20,000 nt of DNA from an uncultured virus (IMG/VR IMGVR_UViG_3300032280_000373) (taxonomy: Duplodnaviria > Heunggongvirae > Uroviricota > Caudoviricetes): the IMG/VR virus record IMGVR_UViG_3300032280_000373; one strand, given 5' to 3'. The notes beneath the pieces are model-generated. The model worked only from the letters and a program-made list of their open reading frames with translations, searched no databases and was not told the origin of the DNA. How positions within the stretch are numbered: position 1 is the stretch's first letter; each line of letters opens with the position of its first letter. The position numbers were made by a program, and so were the translations under genes. Shown here piece after piece: positions 16,547 through 20,000 of this stretch.

Positions 16547-16849
16547 TTATGCCCTGTAAGCGACGTAAGTTCCGTTAGTGGACCCGATAACAGTAAAACA
16601 TCCGTAAATAATTGTGCCCGCTGGGATTATGGTGGCGTTGTTAACAAAAAACGAAAACTCACCATCTCCACGAATAGTGGTTAACTCGTCAAAAGTACAA
16701 TCAGTTATACACTGAATAGCTGCAAAATTACCAGTTGCTACCCCATCAGACACAACAGCGCCACGCTGGCCAAGAGACACAAGCGCGGCATCGGTTTCTT
16801 GAGTTACTGAAGGGGAAATATTTTCGTTAAGAAAGTCTGGGTCTGGCAT
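16547..16849 (-). CDS. Small beta-sandwich virion protein, putative head-spike base (100 aa)
   Basis: All-beta pattern (GNFAAIQCITD...IPAGTIIYGCFT.I....G..VAY). It lies directly upstream of the LGLGLSL-fibre gene. Confidence 0.5.
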   Translation of the reverse strand: MPDPDFLNENISPSVTQETDAALVSLGQRGAVVSDGVATGNFAAIQCITDCTFDELTTIRGDGEFSFFVNNATIIPAGTIIYGCFTVIGSTNGTYVAYRA

Positions 16850-16860
16850 AAAGTTCTCTT

Positions 16861-16888
16861 ATTGTGTGGTCTTATTTTTAATTGTCAA
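16861..16888 (-). promoter_or_regulatory. Sigma70-like promoter TTGACA-N16-CACAAT
   Basis: Minus strand reads TTGACA attaaaaataagacca CACAAT aagagaacttt ATG. The -35 element overlaps the TGA stop of the upstream gene. Confidence 0.5.
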
Positions 16889-17100
16889 CTATGTTTGCCA
16901 AAAATCTTTGACCAAAAGAACTCGGCAAATGTAGAAATCATGAATGTCATAACTGCTACGACTCCATACCCCATGTGAATATGCTTCTCAACCTTACCGA
17001 TTCGCTGGTCGTGTTTATCTCGGTCTTCGAGCAAAGAATCAAGCTTCTCGTCCATGCGGGCGGTACGCTCAAGAAGGGTAATTAGATGATCATTTTCCAT
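16885..17100 (-). CDS. Small membrane protein, coiled-coil plus C-terminal TM (XhlA/holin-like, 71 aa)
   Basis: Heptad N-terminus (LERTARMDEKLDSLL...RIGKVE) followed by a TM segment GYGVVAVMTFMISTFAEFFW. Confidence 0.55.
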   Translation of the reverse strand: MENDHLITLLERTARMDEKLDSLLEDRDKHDQRIGKVEKHIHMGYGVVAVMTFMISTFAEFFWSKIFGKHS

Positions 17101-17314
17101 GGCTAAATATCCTATCGAGGGTGGGGTATAACCGTGATTTCATCTTATTGGCAGTATAGCTCTCAACACCTAGCAAAGGCAAGAATAGCTCGAAACACAT
17201 CTCAAACGATTCCCGCTCATAACAGGCTTTCGGCCTGGCAGGTTTCTTACCGGCGTCAAGATCCTGGAGATCGTTCCAGGCTTGCTTGACAACCGCCAAG
17301 ATGAGCTTATCCAC
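17090..17314 (-). CDS. Hypothetical helical phage protein (74 aa)
   Basis: Probable GTG start at 17314, 4 nt after the upstream TAA; the track's 17347 start overlaps the upstream gene. Motif L..AVVKQAW.D; function unknown. Confidence 0.5.
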   Translation of the reverse strand: MDKLILAVVKQAWNDLQDLDAGKKPARPKACYERESFEMCFELFLPLLGVESYTANKMKSRLYPTLDRIFSHGK

Positions 17315-17318
17315 GGCT

Positions 17319-17546
17319 TTACGCCATGCCCTGTTCGACAGCTTCAACCATGCCCATTTCTTCTCCGGTTTCTTCAGCTTCCTCTTCGACTTCTTTGCCG
17401 GGAGAAACTGCTACACCTTCAACTGCGGAGAGATACATAGTTGGTCCTTTAAAATAGCCGCTGGCCATGAAGTCGAATGTATCGCCTTCAGCAACACCTT
17501 CTGGAGGTGTAAAGCCTTTGGGTACGGGAAATGAGATATTGTCCAT
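17319..17546 (-). CDS. Small acidic hypothetical protein (75 aa) with a scaffold-like C-terminal motif
   Basis: First ORF after the terminator. It has a Glu-rich linker and ends EMGMVEAVEQGMA. Confidence 0.65.
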   Translation of the reverse strand: MDNISFPVPKGFTPPEGVAEGDTFDFMASGYFKGPTMYLSAVEGVAVSPGKEVEEEAEETGEEMGMVEAVEQGMA

Positions 17547-17561
17547 AAGATTTGTCTTTCT

Positions 17562-17603
17562 AAAAAGGTATGATCCCCCGGGGGATAGAACCCCGGGGGA
17601 CCA
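17562..17603 (-). terminator. Rho-independent terminator after the capsid/head-fibre genes
   Basis: Minus strand reads TGGTCCCCCGGGG ttctatc CCCCGGGGGATCA tacc TTTTT: a 13-bp stem with one G-U pair, starting 8 nt after the head-fibre stop. Confidence 0.75.
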
Positions 17604-17610
17604 AGTATTG

Positions 17611-17856
17611 TTAAGCGTTTACGTTATTGATCAGCGTGATCAGTTCATTCAGCTTTGCAGCCAAGGACTTGAAGTTATTGTCCAAGACCGTGGTGCTAAA
17701 CGAAGTACTGACCGTTGCGATCGTATTACTTGCAACGCCGGACCCTGCTGTCAGCGCAACAGTGTTCGTCCAATCCGCGCCGTTGGCGAGGACGCTACGA
17801 ATCTGTGCGGCTAAGACATTGTCCTGCGTGCGAACTTGAATAGGGAACTGACTCAT
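17611..17856 (-). CDS. Putative head fibre / capsid decoration protein (81 aa)
   Basis: Directly after the MCP gene, with a strong SD (AAAGGAG). The C-terminal helix NFKSLAAKLNELITLI resembles trimeric head-fibre tips. Confidence 0.55.
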   Translation of the reverse strand: MSQFPIQVRTQDNVLAAQIRSVLANGADWTNTVALTAGSGVASNTIATVSTSFSTTVLDNNFKSLAAKLNELITLINNVNA

Positions 17857-17876
17857 ATGAGTGCTCCTTTCTTCAA

Positions 17877-19280
17877 TTAGCTAACGTAGTCAAGGCTGAT
17901 TGCCGACCGCTTGTGCAGGATGGCATAACCATACTGCGGGAAGATCGGGCGAGCTCCGCTGGCACATACGCCGCGGAAATACCCGACATTACCATCAGGG
18001 TTGTTCTGCCGGTCCAAGATGTTAACCCATTTGAACTCACCACGGTAGTTCTGGGGGTTGAATGCCATCTTGTTAGCAGTGTTGACTGGGCTGGGAACCA
18101 CAGAGCGCATCACATCTTGATGGAAGATGTAGCTCAACTCGTAGTCAGCCGTCTCGTACCGAGGGTTAATGTCATACGAAGTACCCTTGGTGGTTGTTGA
18201 CCGTTTGAACGGATAGACACGAAGGATTGAATCGTTCGTGGAAGTAACCGTTCCGACAACAAACCGCGGAGGATATGCGTCTATCGAATGGTAGAAACCA
18301 CCGTAAGAACGCTCGATGCCGAGAGGCGTCAAGAGTTCATTAGGCTTCGCATAGCGGTAGTCCTGCCGAATGTCGGCGTTCAAGCGGATGATGCTTTCGC
18401 TGGCTTCAGCGGAAGTAATCAGCATGAACACAGGGGCTCCGTTCTCACGGCCCATGGCTTTGCTTCCTGCGCCGTCGCGGACAAGCTTCATGTACAACCG
18501 TTTGAGGATTCCCTGGGTCAACTGGCTCTGCGGGAGCGTGTTGGTGGTAGTTGTGAACGCGCCGGAAACTCCGGAGGTATACACACCGCTAAGAACGGCG
18601 TAGTAAACTGCTCCTGCGTTAACCGAGGCGGTTTGAGATACGATACCAGAAGCGGCAGTTCCGGGGATAACAAGATTACCCTCGGCTGTTACGTTCTTGG
18701 TATACAGATCGCGATATCGTTCCTGCCAGATGATCGAAGTGCTTTCGGTCAACACGTCCATGATGTTGGACAGTTGTTCCCGACGTTTCACTGCGAAGCG
18801 CAAGTCTTCGAGAGCGATGTCAGGGGATTCAACCGAGGCCCATTCCAACTGATACTGACGGAGTTTCTGCCCGAAGGTCACTCCTTGGAGTGGGACGGGG
18901 AGAACGTTGCCGGCAGCGCTGTTGGAAGCTACCGGAGGGGTAGCGCCAGCTGTGGAGATCGTCTGGGTGTAAGGGTTAAACCCTTGGTAGTCCTGGTCAA
19001 CAGTGTTCGAACCGAGCTTACGCCAGTTAGAACCAGCCGAACCAGTGATTTCACCGGACTGGTAACCGTTAACGGTTCCGGTCGATGTGTTGAGAGAGGC
19101 GGAGGGGAAGAACCGCTCGAAAGTCATCGAGCTGATCACATCGCCCATCTCCTCTGGGAATTGTTCCTGCTTGGTCAATTTGAGCCAGGCAGACGTGTCG
19201 ATGGTCCGGCGATAAATCTCCGGTCCGATGCGACCCGCTTCTTTAACGAGCAACTGCTCGATAGAGTACGTAGTAGCCAT
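17877..19280 (-). CDS. Major capsid protein (467 aa)
   Basis: Size, position after the scaffold, its own promoter, SD-like AAAGGA, strong codon bias and a downstream terminator. HK97-like elements include LTQGILKRLYMKL, FMLITS.E...I, GIERSYGGF and a C-terminal ARPIFPQYGYAILHKR. Confidence 0.8.
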   Translation of the reverse strand: MATTYSIEQLLVKEAGRIGPEIYRRTIDTSAWLKLTKQEQFPEEMGDVISSMTFERFFPSASLNTSTGTVNGYQSGEITGSAGSNWRKLGSNTVDQDYQGFNPYTQTISTAGATPPVASNSAAGNVLPVPLQGVTFGQKLRQYQLEWASVESPDIALEDLRFAVKRREQLSNIMDVLTESTSIIWQERYRDLYTKNVTAEGNLVIPGTAASGIVSQTASVNAGAVYYAVLSGVYTSGVSGAFTTTTNTLPQSQLTQGILKRLYMKLVRDGAGSKAMGRENGAPVFMLITSAEASESIIRLNADIRQDYRYAKPNELLTPLGIERSYGGFYHSIDAYPPRFVVGTVTSTNDSILRVYPFKRSTTTKGTSYDINPRYETADYELSYIFHQDVMRSVVPSPVNTANKMAFNPQNYRGEFKWVNILDRQNNPDGNVGYFRGVCASGARPIFPQYGYAILHKRSAISLDYVS

Positions 19281-19299
19281 ATTAGTGTTTATTTCCTTT

Positions 19300-19475
19300 C
19301 AACCTTCCCCATGCTCGCACAAAGGGTCGGTTATGATTTATGACGAGTACGCCAGCCCCTATCGAGGCTATCCGCTCTCGTCACGACTCAAAACTTTTCC
19401 CTGGCGGCATCCCAGAGCTTTTAATGCCCGAATTCTGCTAGACCGTTTCAATTTTTATAGGTCTTGTTCAGCAAG
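19300..19475 (-). other. Structured 5' leader of the capsid gene (four predicted stem-loops)
   Basis: Complementary pairs read by eye: TTGCT..AGACC/GGTCT-AGCAG; CTCTGG/CCAGGG; GTGACGAG..AGCCTC-gata-GGGGCT..CTCGTCAT; AACC..CCCT.TGT-gcga-GCA.GGGG..GGTT. Confidence 0.5.
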
Positions 19476-19509
19476 GATCTCAATCTTTATACCTGCACCG
19501 AACTAATTA

Positions 19510-19537
19510 AAAGTATCAACCGGATAGAACGTGTCAA
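19510..19537 (-). promoter_or_regulatory. Sigma70-like promoter TTGACA-N16-TACTTT with extended -10 TG
   Basis: Minus strand reads TTGACA cgttctatccggtTGa TACTTT, with an AT-rich tract upstream. It lies about 230 nt before the capsid ATG. Confidence 0.65.
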
Positions 19538-19552
19538 TACTTTTTAACAAAT

Positions 19553-19999
19553 TTATTTCATCCCGCGTTCTAAGGCTTCTAGGAAACCTAAATCTGCTGG
19601 GACCTCAGGGCCACCGCTCTTTTCTCCACCAGAAGACGGAAGAGTAGACCGAAGCTCTTTTGTTAATTTTTCCAGCTCAGAGATACGGGTTTGGGTCTTG
19701 GAGACATAATCTTGGAACACGTTCATAACCACTGGCATAGCCGCGGCGTTAAAGGTCAACTTAGCTTTGGCCCTAGGGTCAAGCTCAGTGTTCTCAATCT
19801 GCATGGCCTGTTGTTGGATATTCTGCAAAGTACTGTTCCAGGCTTCGTTACCTTCAATAGGTCGAAGCAAGGCGTTTTCTTTTTGCAAGTTACTCCACTC
19901 TGTTTCATATGCTGTTTTAACTTCCGTCTCCATGCGTTGCTGATAAGCCTCTTGTTCTTTCTTCTCTTCAGCTTGGATCATTTGTAGGACGGTATTAAC
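19553..19999 (-). CDS. Putative capsid scaffolding protein, C-terminal part (5'-partial)
   Basis: The frame is open to the window end (VNTVLQ precedes the track's Met). Glu/Gln-rich coiled-coil, then a P/S/G linker and a terminal amphipathic helix (LGFLEALERGMK). Immediately upstream of the MCP gene. Confidence 0.65.
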   Translation of the reverse strand, partial: VNTVLQMIQAEEKKEQEAYQQRMETEVKTAYETEWSNLQKENALLRPIEGNEAWNSTLQNIQQQAMQIENTELDPRAKAKLTFNAAAMPVVMNVFQDYVSKTQTRISELEKLTKELRSTLPSSGGEKSGGPEVPADLGFLEALERGMK

Positions 20000-20000
20000 A

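Noticed and set aside
18288..19343. 351-aa plus-strand ORF antisense to the capsid gene
   Set aside because: It mirrors the MCP gene and is explained by its strong codon bias. No recognisable motifs or expression signals.
1..20000. tRNA, CRISPR array, integrase/transposase, stop-codon recoding
   Set aside because: None seen by eye. Long ORFs tile the window under the standard code, with TAA, TAG and TGA all used as stops.

Overview
The window is a continuous minus-strand virion morphogenesis and lysis region of a tailed dsDNA phage. It is probably podovirus-like: it has a nozzle-like gene, an adaptor-like gene and three ejection-protein-like genes, and no tape measure or sheath gene is visible. 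The host is probably diderm, since a spanin-like lipoprotein is present. In transcription order (right to left) it holds: scaffold C-terminus, a structured ~220-nt leader, major capsid protein, head fibre, terminator, three small proteins, a putative head-spike base plus LamG-like spike fibre, u-spanin-like/holin/CHAP endolysin cassette, a free-standing PD-(D/E)XK endonuclease, two tail fibres, nozzle, a Cys/Pro-rich protein, two paralogous small tail proteins, adaptor, and three ejection proteins. The last (2..2725, at least 908 aa) is missing from the ORF track. The main observations are: four intergenic promoters that all share TTGACW-N16-YANNNT, three giving near-leaderless mRNAs; a multi-stem capsid-gene leader; a small acidic protein ending in the same C-terminal helix motif as the scaffold; and a ~90-aa domain present three times in two unrelated virion proteins. 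All product calls come from motif recognition and synteny; no database search was run.
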